Shown here in pieces: positions 10,265 through 20,152 of a stretch of DNA of 64,000 nt. This stretch comes from an uncultured Collinsella sp. (GTDB taxonomy: Bacteria > Actinomycetota > Coriobacteriia > Coriobacteriales > Coriobacteriaceae). The notes under the pieces were generated by a model, which saw only the letters and a list, made by a program, of their open reading frames with translations, was not told the origin of the DNA and did no database searches. A program made the translations under genes and the position numbers. Numbering within the stretch: position 1 is the first letter of the stretch; each line of letters begins with the position of its first letter. The stretch is from assembly GCA_963560155.1 (NCBI GenBank), contig CAUWMY010000004.1:205-64204 (forward strand). The letters run 5' to 3'.

Positions 10265-10918
10265 TCAGAGCCTATGCGAGATGGCATCGCAAGCGAGGGC
10301 GCCCACCACGGTCTTGGCGTCCTCGATCTTGCCATCGAGAACCGCATCGATGAGCTCGGTCAGCGGCACGAGGTCGACGTTGACGAACTCGTCGTCATCG
10401 GGGTTGGCGCCGCTGAACGTCAGGCCCGTCGCCATGTAAATGTGGATGACCTCATCGCAGAAGCCGGGCGTCGTCGCAATGGTGGTGAGGTACTGGATGC
10501 GGCTGGCGGCAAAGCCGGTCTCCTCGAGCAGCTCGCGCTTGGCGCACTCGAGCGGGTCCTCGCCCGGGTCGAGCTTGCCCGCGGGAATCTCCACGGTCAC
10601 CCGGTCGATCGCCGTGCGGTACTGGCGCACAAGCACGATCTTGCCCGTCTCGGTCAGCGCCACGACGGCGGAGGCACCGGGATGGCGGACCAGATCTCGT
10701 CCGGTCACGCGGCCATTCGGCAACTCGACCTGGGCGCTTCGCACGTCGAGGAACTTGCCCTTCCAAGCTTGCTCCTCGGAGATGATGCGCTCATGGAGAC
10801 CCGCATCGCGCGGATCGTCGTCGCCCAGCACGAGCGACTGCTCGGGCTCCCCCTCGCACATGTCGTCCTCGATGGCCCCGTTTTCGACGATCTCCGCCTC
10901 GAAATCCTCGTTATCCAT
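10265..10918 (-). CDS. NUDIX hydrolase (ADP-ribose pyrophosphatase-like) with acidic N-terminal extension
   Basis: RQYR, EIPAGKLDPGEDPLECAKRELLEETG Nudix box; RBS GGGAGG before ATG 10918. Confidence 0.9.
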   Translation of the reverse strand: MDNEDFEAEIVENGAIEDDMCEGEPEQSLVLGDDDPRDAGLHERIISEEQAWKGKFLDVRSAQVELPNGRVTGRDLVRHPGASAVVALTETGKIVLVRQYRTAIDRVTVEIPAGKLDPGEDPLECAKRELLEETGFAASRIQYLTTIATTPGFCDEVIHIYMATGLTFSGANPDDDEFVNVDLVPLTELIDAVLDGKIEDAKTVVGALACDAISHRL

Positions 10919-10948
10919 GCCGTCCTCCCAGCACACATATCCAAAACA

Positions 10949-11003
10949 GGTAGGAATGTCGAAAATCCGCCGGGAGACCCGGGCGTTTTTCGACATTCCT
11001 ACC
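10949..11003. repeat. Long hairpin, 17-bp perfect arms GGTAGGAATGTCGAAAA / TTTTCGACATTCCTACC
   Basis: Perfect inverted repeat between purD and the NUDIX gene; arms shared with the hairpin at 51475. Confidence 0.75.
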
Positions 11004-11062
11004 CTCTAGCCAACATTCGCATCGCGCGCTGTGGGCAGGGTGCCCTCAAGCGCCGCCGCGTC

Positions 11063-12370
11063 TTACGCGTCCCACGCGTCGCGGCCGCGCAGGGCGCGCA
11101 GACCGATGTCGCGACGCAGGGTCTTGCCCTCGAAGTCGATCTTCTCGCACGCGGCGTACGCCAGGTCGCGGGCGGCCTCGAACGTCTCGCCGAGCGCGGT
11201 GACGTCGAGCACGCGCCCGCCGGAGGTCACGACGTCGCCATCCTCGTTCACGGCGGTGCCGGCATGGTAGACGGTAACGCCGTCCATAGCGGAGGCGTCC
11301 TCGATGCCGGTGATGACCTTGCCCTTCTCATACGAACCCGGGTAGCCGGCGCTCGTGAGGACCACGGACACGGCCCATTCGTCACGCCACTTCAGCTCGA
11401 CCTCGTCCAGGCGCTGCTCGGCACAGGCGAGCATGACCTCGACCAAATCGCTGGCGAGGCGCGGCATGAGGACCTCGGTCTCGGGGTCGCCGAAGCGGGC
11501 GTTGTACTCGATGACCTTGGGGCCCTGCGGGGTGAGCATGAATCCGCCGTACAGGCATCCGCGGAAATCGATGCCCTCGCGGTTGGCGGCGGCGACGGTC
11601 TCGTCGAGGATGTGGCACATCTCAGCGTGCTCCTCATCCGTGACGATCGGCACGGGGCTGTACACGCCCATGCCGCCCGTGTTGGGACCGAGGTCGCCCT
11701 CGAGAGCGCGCTTGTGATCCTGGGAGGTCGCCATGGGGCGCACGACCTTGCCATCGGTGAAGGCGAGCAGCGTGCACTCGGGGCCGGTCAGCATCTCCTC
11801 GATCACGACGGTGCTGCCGGCGTCGCCGAACGCGCCGTCGAAGCACTCGTGGACGGCCTCGAGGGCCTCGTCGAGCGTGAGCGCCACCACGACGCCCTTG
11901 CCCGCCGCAAGGCCGTCGGCCTTGACGACCACCGGCGCGCCCTGCTCGCGCACGTAAGCGAGAGCGGACTCCTCATCGGTGAAGGAGCCGTAGGCGGCGG
12001 TGGGGATGCCGGCACGGGCCATGAGCTCCTTGGAGAAGCGCTTGGAACCCTCGAGCTGCGCGCCCGCGGCACCCGGGCCGAAACACGGGATGCCGGCCTC
12101 GCGAACGGCGTCGGCCACACCGGCGACGAGCGGGGCCTCAGGGCCGATCACGACCAAGCCGCAGCCGGTCTCACGGGCGAAGTCGGCAACGGCCGCCGGA
12201 TCCTCGGCGTCGAGGGCGACGTTCTCACCGACCTCGAGGGTGCCGCCGTTGCCTGGGGCGATGTACAGGTTGCCGCACAACGGGGATTCGGCGAGCTTGG
12301 CGGCGAGGGCGTGCTCGCGGCCGCCGCTGCCGAGCAGCAGGATGTCGATGGTCTTCTCGGTTGCGCTCAT
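11063..12370 (-). CDS. purD: Phosphoribosylamine-glycine ligase
   Basis: [57 protein letters not shown]. Confidence 0.97.
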   Translation of the reverse strand: MSATEKTIDILLLGSGGREHALAAKLAESPLCGNLYIAPGNGGTLEVGENVALDAEDPAAVADFARETGCGLVVIGPEAPLVAGVADAVREAGIPCFGPGAAGAQLEGSKRFSKELMARAGIPTAAYGSFTDEESALAYVREQGAPVVVKADGLAAGKGVVVALTLDEALEAVHECFDGAFGDAGSTVVIEEMLTGPECTLLAFTDGKVVRPMATSQDHKRALEGDLGPNTGGMGVYSPVPIVTDEEHAEMCHILDETVAAANREGIDFRGCLYGGFMLTPQGPKVIEYNARFGDPETEVLMPRLASDLVEVMLACAEQRLDEVELKWRDEWAVSVVLTSAGYPGSYEKGKVITGIEDASAMDGVTVYHAGTAVNEDGDVVTSGGRVLDVTALGETFEAARDLAYAACEKIDFEGKTLRRDIGLRALRGRDAWDA

Positions 12371-12427
12371 GCGTCCTCCTCTAGTGCAAGGCGCCGCCCG
12401 ACCGGACGGCGCTGTACCTGCGTGTAA

Positions 12428-13720
<1,293 letters not shown>

Positions 13721-13820
13721 GGCCACTCCTCAATTCAATCGCCCGGGCGAACGCTCCGGGCAGGACTTTGAACGTATCGGACGCACGTCCGACCGCCGGG
13801 TCAAACGACCCAGCTCTCCC

Positions 13821-13826
13821 ATTATA
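13821..13826 (-). promoter_or_regulatory. -10 element (TATAAT) upstream of purA
   Basis: Perfect TATAAT on the minus strand ~100 nt upstream of purA; no -35 identified. Confidence 0.5.
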
Positions 13827-13848
13827 GGCGCAAGGCCCCTACCTCGCA

Positions 13849-15246
13849 TTACTCAACCGCGTGTTCGTCAATCTCATAGAACTTGGTCGAAGCGGGCAGG
13901 AACATCAGGTCGACGTCGCCGACCGGACCCGAACGGTTCTTGGCGAGGATCACGCGCGTGATGCCGAAGTCCGGGCGGTCGTCGCGCTCGGCCTCCGCCT
14001 CGGTGCTCGAGCGGTCGAGCAGCATGATGATGTCGGCGTCCTGCTCGATGGAGCCCGATTCGCGCAGGTCGCTCATCTGCGGGCGCTTGCCGGTGCGGCC
14101 CTCGAGCGAACGGTTCAGCTGGGAGAGCATGATGACCGGCACGCCGAGCTCCTTGGCCATGATCTTGAGGCCACGGCTCATCTCGGAGACCTCGACGGCG
14201 CGGTTACCTCCGTAGTTCTTGCCCGCCGGCGGGTTCACCAACTGCAGGTAGTCGAGGATGATGACGGCCTTCTCCTTGTTATGGAGCATGCGGCGCGCCT
14301 TTGCGCGGATCTCGGTGACCGTCGTGCCCGGGGTATCGTCGATCAAGATGTCCAGGCGCCCCAGCTCGTTGATGGCCTCGTTGATGTTGGCCCACTCCTC
14401 GGGCGAGATGCGGCCCGTGCGGAAGTTGGACATGTTCACCATGGCCTGGGCGCAGATGAAGCGCTGCGCGATTTCCTTGCCGGACATCTCCAGGGAGAAG
14501 AAGCCCACCGTGTATCCATCCGCGGCGGCGTTGAGAGCCAGGTTCAGTGCGAACGACGTCTTGCCGACGGCAGGGCGGGCGCCGATGACCACGAGCTGGC
14601 CCTCGCGCAAGCCCATGAGCATGCGGTCGAGCGTCGGGTATCCCGTGGGGGCGCCGTGGACGTCGCCGCCGGCGCGGGCGACCTCCTCGGCCTCCTGATA
14701 TGCCTCGGCCATGAAGTCCCCGAGCTCGCGATAGGAGCTCTTGACCTCGCGCGCCGTGACGGAGAGCAGCATGGACTCCGCGCGCTCGATGACCTCCTTC
14801 GTGTCGATCGGGGCATCGTAGGCAAGCGCGCTGATCTGGTTGGTCGCGCCGATGATCTCACGGAGCATGGCGTCGCGGCGGACGATGCCGGCATGGTGCT
14901 GCCAGTTCGCGAGCGCGAGCGTATTGCCCATGAGCTCGAGGATGTACGCCTCCCCGCCCACCGACTCGAGCTTGTCGATCGAATTCAGGTAGTCGATGAG
15001 GGAGATCGAGTCGATGGGAATCGAGCTCTCGTACATCCCGCCCATCGCGATGAAGATCGTCTTATGGGAGGGGCGGTAGAAATCATCGGGCATGAGCTCG
15101 ACGAGTGCCTCCTCGACGACCTCCCCCGAGAGAAGCATGGCGGAGAGGACTTTCGCCTCGGCCTCGATGTTGTTGGGCAGCCCCTTGATGGCACCGCGGT
15201 CGATCGAGCCGGATGGCTCCCAACCGCGTTCGTCGATACCGCTCAT
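13849..15246 (-). CDS. dnaB: Replicative DNA helicase
   Basis: EAEAKVL, GARPAVGKT, FSLEM, DYLQL, LSQLNR, DLRESGSIEQDAD, KNRSG. Confidence 0.97.
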   Translation of the reverse strand: MSGIDERGWEPSGSIDRGAIKGLPNNIEAEAKVLSAMLLSGEVVEEALVELMPDDFYRPSHKTIFIAMGGMYESSIPIDSISLIDYLNSIDKLESVGGEAYILELMGNTLALANWQHHAGIVRRDAMLREIIGATNQISALAYDAPIDTKEVIERAESMLLSVTAREVKSSYRELGDFMAEAYQEAEEVARAGGDVHGAPTGYPTLDRMLMGLREGQLVVIGARPAVGKTSFALNLALNAAADGYTVGFFSLEMSGKEIAQRFICAQAMVNMSNFRTGRISPEEWANINEAINELGRLDILIDDTPGTTVTEIRAKARRMLHNKEKAVIILDYLQLVNPPAGKNYGGNRAVEVSEMSRGLKIMAKELGVPVIMLSQLNRSLEGRTGKRPQMSDLRESGSIEQDADIIMLLDRSSTEAEAERDDRPDFGITRVILAKNRSGPVGDVDLMFLPASTKFYEIDEHAVE

Positions 15247-15374
15247 CACTCACCTTCCTTGGCGCGTTGCGCTCGGATGCGCAGGGTCTTGGGACAATCA
15301 ATGGTAGGGTATCCGCGGCCGAGTTCCTAGCATCAGGCGACACATGTGAACCGCTTTATCTATCCCCCGCACGG

Positions 15375-15464
15375 TGTTGATAACTCACTGCCTTGAACTG
15401 GGGGCGGAGCGGTTATCAACGTTTTCCACAATATGGACGCCTCGTGAGCTGTCGGTTATCCACA
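15375..15464. promoter_or_regulatory. DnaA-box cluster upstream of dnaB
   Basis: TGTTGATAA 15375-15383, TTATCAACG 15413-15421, TTTTCCACA 15422-15430, perfect TTATCCACA 15456-15464. Confidence 0.75.
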
Positions 15465-15738
15465 GCCAATCGCATGACCTGCGGGTTTAGCCAAAACAGC
15501 ACGACTTACTTTCCCTTGATGTAGCGTTTACCTGCGATAATGACATTTCAGCAGGTAGATAGCTATATATGAAATCAAAGGCAAGGTCAGGGCTCCATGC
15601 GGACCCGTCCAGCCAACGCTCATCTTCACCCCGGTAGTCGGCAGGCGACCAGTGGAAGTCGCTCTTCTAAGGCAGTGACCTGTGGATTTCTCGACGTTTT
15701 CCCACAGGTGCCCCTCTGGGACGATACCAGTTGCCCAC

Positions 15739-15768
15739 AAAATAGCCCCGTGCCTCACGGCACGGGGC
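15739..15768 (-). terminator. Intrinsic terminator after rplI
   Basis: GCCCCGTGCC-loop-GGCACGGGGC stem followed by TATTTT on the minus strand. Confidence 0.75.
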
Positions 15769-15798
15769 CTGCAAGTCGCTTGACTCGTAGCGGAGATG

Positions 15799-16326
15799 CT
15801 ACTCGGCGGCAGCCTCGGTCTCGACCTCGGCGGTCTCCTCGGCGGCGACCTCCTCAGCCTCGACGGTCTCCTCGGCCTGCTCCTCGACGCCCACCAGGAC
15901 GACGATGGAGGCCTTGATCTCACGGTAGATGGAGATCTCCACCTCGTGGGAACCGGCGACCTTGATCGGCTTGCCAAGCTCAATGCGCTTGCGGTCGATC
16001 TCAACGTCGAGCTCGGCCTTGATCGCGTCGGCGATCATGGCGGCGGTGACGGAGCCGAAGAGGATGCCCTCCTCGCCGACCTTGGCGTCGACGGCGACCT
16101 TCTGGCCATCGAGCTTGGCCTTGAGGGCCTCGGCGTCGGCCAGACGAACGGCCTCGCGCTTCTCGATGTTGTGACGACGCTCCTCGAGCTGCTTGAGGTT
16201 ACCCTTGGTAGCAGCAACGGCGAGCTTCTGCGGAATCAGGTAGTTCTCGGCGTAACCCTGAGCGACGTCGATGACGTCACCCTCGCCGCCCTTGCCCTTG
16301 ATCTCACCAAGCAGAACAACTTTCAT
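15799..16326 (-). CDS. rplI: 50S ribosomal protein L9
   Basis: MKVVLL...GYAENYLIP, LFGSVT; acidic tail. Confidence 0.97.
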   Translation of the reverse strand: MKVVLLGEIKGKGGEGDVIDVAQGYAENYLIPQKLAVAATKGNLKQLEERRHNIEKREAVRLADAEALKAKLDGQKVAVDAKVGEEGILFGSVTAAMIADAIKAELDVEIDRKRIELGKPIKVAGSHEVEISIYREIKASIVVLVGVEEQAEETVEAEEVAAEETAEVETEAAAE

Positions 16327-16337
16327 GGGTACCCTCC

Positions 16338-16604
16338 CTACTTCTTCTCGCGAGGACCGCGGGTGGACACCACGGGCACGGCGTACGGCAGAAGAGCCAT
16401 CTCGCGGGCGCGCTTGATGGCGTTCGCGATGTCGTGCTGATGCTGCGTGCAGGCGCCAGTGACGCGGCGCGGCTTGATCTTGCCGCGATCGGTCATGTAC
16501 TTGCGAAGGAGCTGAGTATCCTTGTAGTCGATGTACTCGGTGTTCTCCTTGCAGAACTGGCAGTACTTGCGACGCGGCTGACGGGCAGAATAATCATTAG
16601 CCAT
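16338..16604 (-). CDS. rpsR: 30S ribosomal protein S18 (Zn-binding C+ type)
   Basis: [35 protein letters not shown]. Confidence 0.98.
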   Translation of the reverse strand: MANDYSARQPRRKYCQFCKENTEYIDYKDTQLLRKYMTDRGKIKPRRVTGACTQHQHDIANAIKRAREMALLPYAVPVVSTRGPREKK

Positions 16605-16663
16605 GTCTCAATACCTTTCGTGACGACGGTTCGAGCGAGCCCCAACCGTCAATTACACATCCC

Positions 16664-17143
16664 TTAGAACGGGATGTCCTCATCGTAGACGTCGACCGCA
16701 GGGGGGACCGGAGCCGCCATGGGCGCCGGAGCCTGCTGCGGAGCGGGCGCGGGGGCGTAGCCGCCCTGCTGGCCGTAGGACGGGGCGGGGGCATAGCCGC
16801 CTGCCTCACCCTGCTGCCCGCGGGACATGAACTCGATCTCATCGACGATGACCTCGAGCTTGCTGCGGCGCTGGCCGTCACGCTCCCAGGAGCTGTAACG
16901 GAGCTTGCCCTCGATAGCGACCTTCGACCCCTTCGAGAGATAGCGGCTCACGGCCTCCGCACGGGTGCCGAACATCGTGCAGTCCACGAAGTTCGGGTAG
17001 TCCTCCCACTCGCCCGTCTGAGGGTTGCGGCGGCGGTCGTTGACCGCCACGCCGAAGCTCAGGACCTGCGTGCCGCTCGCAGTGGCGCGCAGCTCGGGAT
17101 CGCGGGTGAGGTTACCGGAAATGTTGACTCGATTGATGCTCAT
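16664..17143 (-). CDS. ssb: Single-stranded DNA-binding protein
   Basis: INRVNISGNLTRDPELR OB fold; DEDIPF tail. Confidence 0.98.
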   Translation of the reverse strand: MSINRVNISGNLTRDPELRATASGTQVLSFGVAVNDRRRNPQTGEWEDYPNFVDCTMFGTRAEAVSRYLSKGSKVAIEGKLRYSSWERDGQRRSKLEVIVDEIEFMSRGQQGEAGGYAPAPSYGQQGGYAPAPAPQQAPAPMAAPVPPAVDVYDEDIPF

Positions 17144-17196
17144 ACGTGTTCACTACCTCTCACGCGGCTTTGATGGGCCGCATCCATACAAATGAC

Positions 17197-17490
17197 CTAC
17201 TCCTGGTCGTCGCGACGGACGATCATGTGGCGGATCACGGCGTCGGTAATACGAAGCACGCGATCGAGCTCCGCGATGGAAGCCGGGTCTGCATGGAAGT
17301 TGATGAGGGTGTAGTCACCTTCGGTGAGCTTGTCGATGGCGTAAGCGAGCTTGCGCTTGCCCCACTCGTCGACGTTGTCGACCTTACCATTGCCCTCGGC
17401 GATCGTGGTGTCGATGCGCTTCATCACGGCGAGACGAGTCTCGGGATCGAGGTTGGGGTCAACGAAGAACAGCAGTTCATAAGCCTTCAT
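17197..17490 (-). CDS. rpsF: 30S ribosomal protein S6
   Basis: MKAYELLF, WGKRKLAYAI, VIRHMIVR; RBS GGAGG. Confidence 0.97.
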   Translation of the reverse strand: MKAYELLFFVDPNLDPETRLAVMKRIDTTIAEGNGKVDNVDEWGKRKLAYAIDKLTEGDYTLINFHADPASIAELDRVLRITDAVIRHMIVRRDDQE

Positions 17491-17514
17491 GTGGTCACCT
17501 CCTCTGGACAAACG

Positions 17515-17587
17515 GCTTCGGGTCGTGAAGGTGCGCCCGAAGCAGGAAAAGACGTGCTAACTATAGCCGAGTCCGCACATCTTGCAA
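17515..17587 (-). promoter_or_regulatory. rpsF operon promoter (TTGCAA-N16-TATAGT) and leader hairpin, possible S6:S18 autoregulatory element
   Basis: -35 at 17582-17587, -10 at 17560-17565; 8-bp stem GCTTCGGG/CCCGAAGC at 17515-17543 just before the RBS. Confidence 0.4.
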
Positions 17588-17790
17588 GGTGTCCGCTGCC
17601 GCACCCCATGACCTCCACAATTTCGAGCACTTCTGCCATATGCTCCGCCATGTGATCCGCCACGAAGATAGGATGCCACGCCGTCCTGACACAAATCCGG
17701 GAGATGACACGGCGCCTCATGTCCCCCATCCCCGCTTCGACCCGCATCATCTGAATTCAGCCGCTCCGCGATGCCGCCGCAAATTGAGAA

Positions 17791-17840
17791 AAGCGCCCCG
17801 ATCGCGTTTTCTCCAGATAAGAAACGCGATCGGGGCGCTT
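17791..17840. terminator. 19-bp perfect inverted repeat, probable terminator of the DUF4013 gene
   Basis: AAGCGCCCCGATCGCGTTT / AAACGCGATCGGGGCGCTT. Confidence 0.65.
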
Positions 17841-17923
17841 GTAAAGGATGATCGATCCTCTTTGCCGATCTTGCGCGGCGCAACTGAGGAGACGTAAGTA
17901 TCACCGACATCCGCGATGTCGGG

Positions 17924-19249
17924 CTACTCCGCGATGGGGCCCTGATCCTCGTCTTCAACCTCGTCATCCGACGTGATGGGGCCGAGTGGAATCGGCGTCT
18001 TCTCCGGGACCGCGCACTCGTCGGCGGCATCCGGCCCCGTCTCGTCGCCTGCGTTATCCGCCGCCGCCTCGTCGTCCCCAACCGCCGTGGTCGGAGCATC
18101 GGCATCGAGCGGCTCGACCGCAGAGTCAGCGGACGGAGCATCGGCATCGAGCGGCTCAACCGCGGGGACCGCCGGCTCGGGGTCGGCGTCAAGAGGCGTC
18201 ACGTCGGCGGAAACGACCGTCGCGGTTGTAGGGGCGCCCGTAGCGGCTGCGGACGCATCCGTCACGTCTACAGGGGCACTCTTGGCGGCGGGGGTGCTCG
18301 TCGGATCGACGGGCGCAGACGCGGGCTGCGGGGCCCACGAATCGCGATGGGGGACGTCATCGGGCAACGGCGCGGCGGAGACGCCCCAGCGATTCACATC
18401 GAAGCGGCAGAACCACTGCCCCATGGCGTTCGCGCTCACCAGGCTCATCGCCGTGGCGATCACATTTCCGACGAACGCGAAAGCGATCACGAGCAGGACG
18501 AACAGCAACAGGGGGCCGGCGCCCATGCGCAGAAGCTGATCAGCTAGATAGTGCCAACCGTTCATATACGGGTCCGAAAGGCCGATGACCGCTGTGGCGC
18601 TCAACAGGCCGCCCATGACTATCAGGACCGCGATCATGGCGACCACGAATGCGTACACGCCCGAGATAAACGACCCGATGACCGTGACGAGCAGGACTCG
18701 GCAGAATCCACCGAAATCACGTCCGATCATCTGCGCCAGGCGATCGAGCCGCCAGCCGGCGGAGAAGCTGTCGTAAAGGGTCCCGCGCATCGCCGCCGCC
18801 TGGAGGAACGTTCCCATAAAGGCCGTCGCCACGAGCGTCAGGATGGAAACGGTCGCCCCCGACGCCACGGCGAGTGAGCTCGCAAGAGCACCCCCGCCCG
18901 CGGCGGAGGACATGATGATCGCCAAGGACCCCGGGAACAGCACCTGAAGGACCAGACCGCAGGCGAACCCGAGGGAAATGACGATGAGAAACGCGCGGCC
19001 ACCCGTGACGAGTACCTTCCCGTAATCGACATCGCGCTGCTTGGGCGCGGAATCGACGCCCCAGGCGGTCAGGCGCGCCCACTCGAGACCATAGCCGAGA
19101 ACGGCGATCTGGCCCAAGATGGGAATCCAACTGACCAGCGTCAGGACGAGCAACGGTTTGACCCATCCCTTATCTCGCGTGAGCATGCGCCACGACGACA
19201 TGAAACCCAATTCCCGGGACTGCATAAATGCCTCAATTCCTGTCTGCAT
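17924..19249 (-). CDS. Multi-pass membrane protein, DUF4013-like, with acidic P/A-rich tail
   Basis: WIPILGQIAVLGY motif and several TM helices; tail carries a 42-nt duplication (18092-18115 / 18134-18157, EPLDADAP). Confidence 0.75.
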   Translation of the reverse strand: MQTGIEAFMQSRELGFMSSWRMLTRDKGWVKPLLVLTLVSWIPILGQIAVLGYGLEWARLTAWGVDSAPKQRDVDYGKVLVTGGRAFLIVISLGFACGLVLQVLFPGSLAIIMSSAAGGGALASSLAVASGATVSILTLVATAFMGTFLQAAAMRGTLYDSFSAGWRLDRLAQMIGRDFGGFCRVLLVTVIGSFISGVYAFVVAMIAVLIVMGGLLSATAVIGLSDPYMNGWHYLADQLLRMGAGPLLLFVLLVIAFAFVGNVIATAMSLVSANAMGQWFCRFDVNRWGVSAAPLPDDVPHRDSWAPQPASAPVDPTSTPAAKSAPVDVTDASAAATGAPTTATVVSADVTPLDADPEPAVPAVEPLDADAPSADSAVEPLDADAPTTAVGDDEAAADNAGDETGPDAADECAVPEKTPIPLGPITSDDEVEDEDQGPIAE

Positions 19250-19403
19250 CCAACGTATGGCTGAAGTGTATCCCGATTGGAATGTGCTCGCACATCTGAT
19301 TTCAAAGCATTAAGCGCTGCTTAAGCCCACCTCAAGGACCCCCTAAGACGCGAGGCGGCAAAATGGGTGCAAATCTTGCTGCCGCACCAGTGTCGTATGG
19401 GCA

Positions 19404-19553
19404 AAGGGTCACCTCTGGCGAACGTTTTGCCCAAAATAGAGAGGCCTTGACGGCGATAAGAAGGCGATTCGGAAAGAATCCCCAGGAAAAGGTCGCCATG
19501 ATTCAACGCGATATCGCCGCTCCGCCCCAAAACGTTCGCCAGAGGCGACCCTT
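19404..19553. mobile_element. 150-bp element with 26-bp terminal inverted repeats (MITE-like or structured RNA)
   Basis: Arms 19404-19429 and 19528-19553 match at 25/26; inner nested stems; no target-site duplication seen. Confidence 0.45.
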
Positions 19554-19736
19554 CGGTCCGAAGAGCGTCCCCTCCGGCAGAGAAACCGATTTTTCACCTT
19601 CTCGCCGCCTCGAGAAACACCCCACATCGGGTCGTTATTCAAACACGAGCCCTCAGTCTGCCGGCACAAGGCTCACACGCACTCAAGCACACCCCCCCAC
19701 ATGCGCTTTTCCGTGAAACAAAACACGCTTGATCGC

Positions 19737-19763
19737 AAAAAAAACGAGCCTCAAGGGGCTCGC
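19737..19763 (-). terminator. Intrinsic terminator after the tRNA-Ser pair
   Basis: CGAGCC...GGCTCG followed by a T run on the minus strand. Confidence 0.75.
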
Positions 19764-19777
19764 GATGCAAATGAAAA

Positions 19778-19868
19778 TGGCGGAGGAGGAGGGATTCGAA
19801 CCCTCGTACGGGGAGTACCCGTAAACGGTTTTCGAGACCGCCGCATTCAACCACTCTGCCACTCCTCC
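19778..19868 (-). tRNA. tRNA-Ser(CGA)
   Basis: GGAGGAGTGGCAGAGTGG...GCGGT-CT-CGA-AA-ACCGT, long variable arm, GGTTCGAATCC, CCA end. Confidence 0.97.
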
Positions 19869-19922
19869 GTTAAGAAGTGAAAACGGCACGTCATCCAATT
19901 GGATGCGTGCCGCTGAAAGTTC

Positions 19923-20013
19923 TGGCGGAGAGTCAGGGATTTGAACCCTGGAGACGCTTTTGGCGCCTACACGATTTCCAATCGTGCTCCTTCGGCCACT
20001 CGGACAACTCTCC
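19923..20013 (-). tRNA. tRNA-Ser(GGA)
   Basis: GGAGAGTTGTCCGAGTGG...CACGA-TT-GGA-AA-TCGTG, long variable arm, GGTTCAAATCC, CCA end. Confidence 0.97.
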
Positions 20014-20028
20014 GTGAATGCAGGGGCT

Positions 20029-20056
20029 ATTGTACCGTAAGTTCCAGGTGATGCAA
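20029..20056 (-). promoter_or_regulatory. Promoter of the tRNA-Ser pair (TTGCAT-N16-TACAAT)
   Basis: -10 at 20029-20034, -35 at 20051-20056. Confidence 0.5.
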
Positions 20057-20152
20057 CCGCGATTCTTGGAAAGGCTGCAAAAATTGCTCTGCTCGCCGCA
20101 TATCATGCTCCGTTAAGATGGTCTGGCCAGTTGATCTTTCCAGGGAGGCACC

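Noticed and set aside
13741-13813. Formal ZMP/ZTP riboswitch call for the purA leader
   Set aside because: GACUGGCG and the P1 return strand are not matched; kept only as a candidate leader
15290-15350. PafBC-type (RecA-NDp) promoter upstream of dnaB
   Set aside because: TGTCGC and TACCAT are 30 nt apart, not the ~24 nt expected, and the internal TA is misplaced
17487-17750. Short minus-strand ORF with VLEIVEVMGCGSG resembling a SAM-binding motif
   Set aside because: Overlaps the rpsF promoter and leader, no RBS, no other methyltransferase motifs; a relic cannot be excluded
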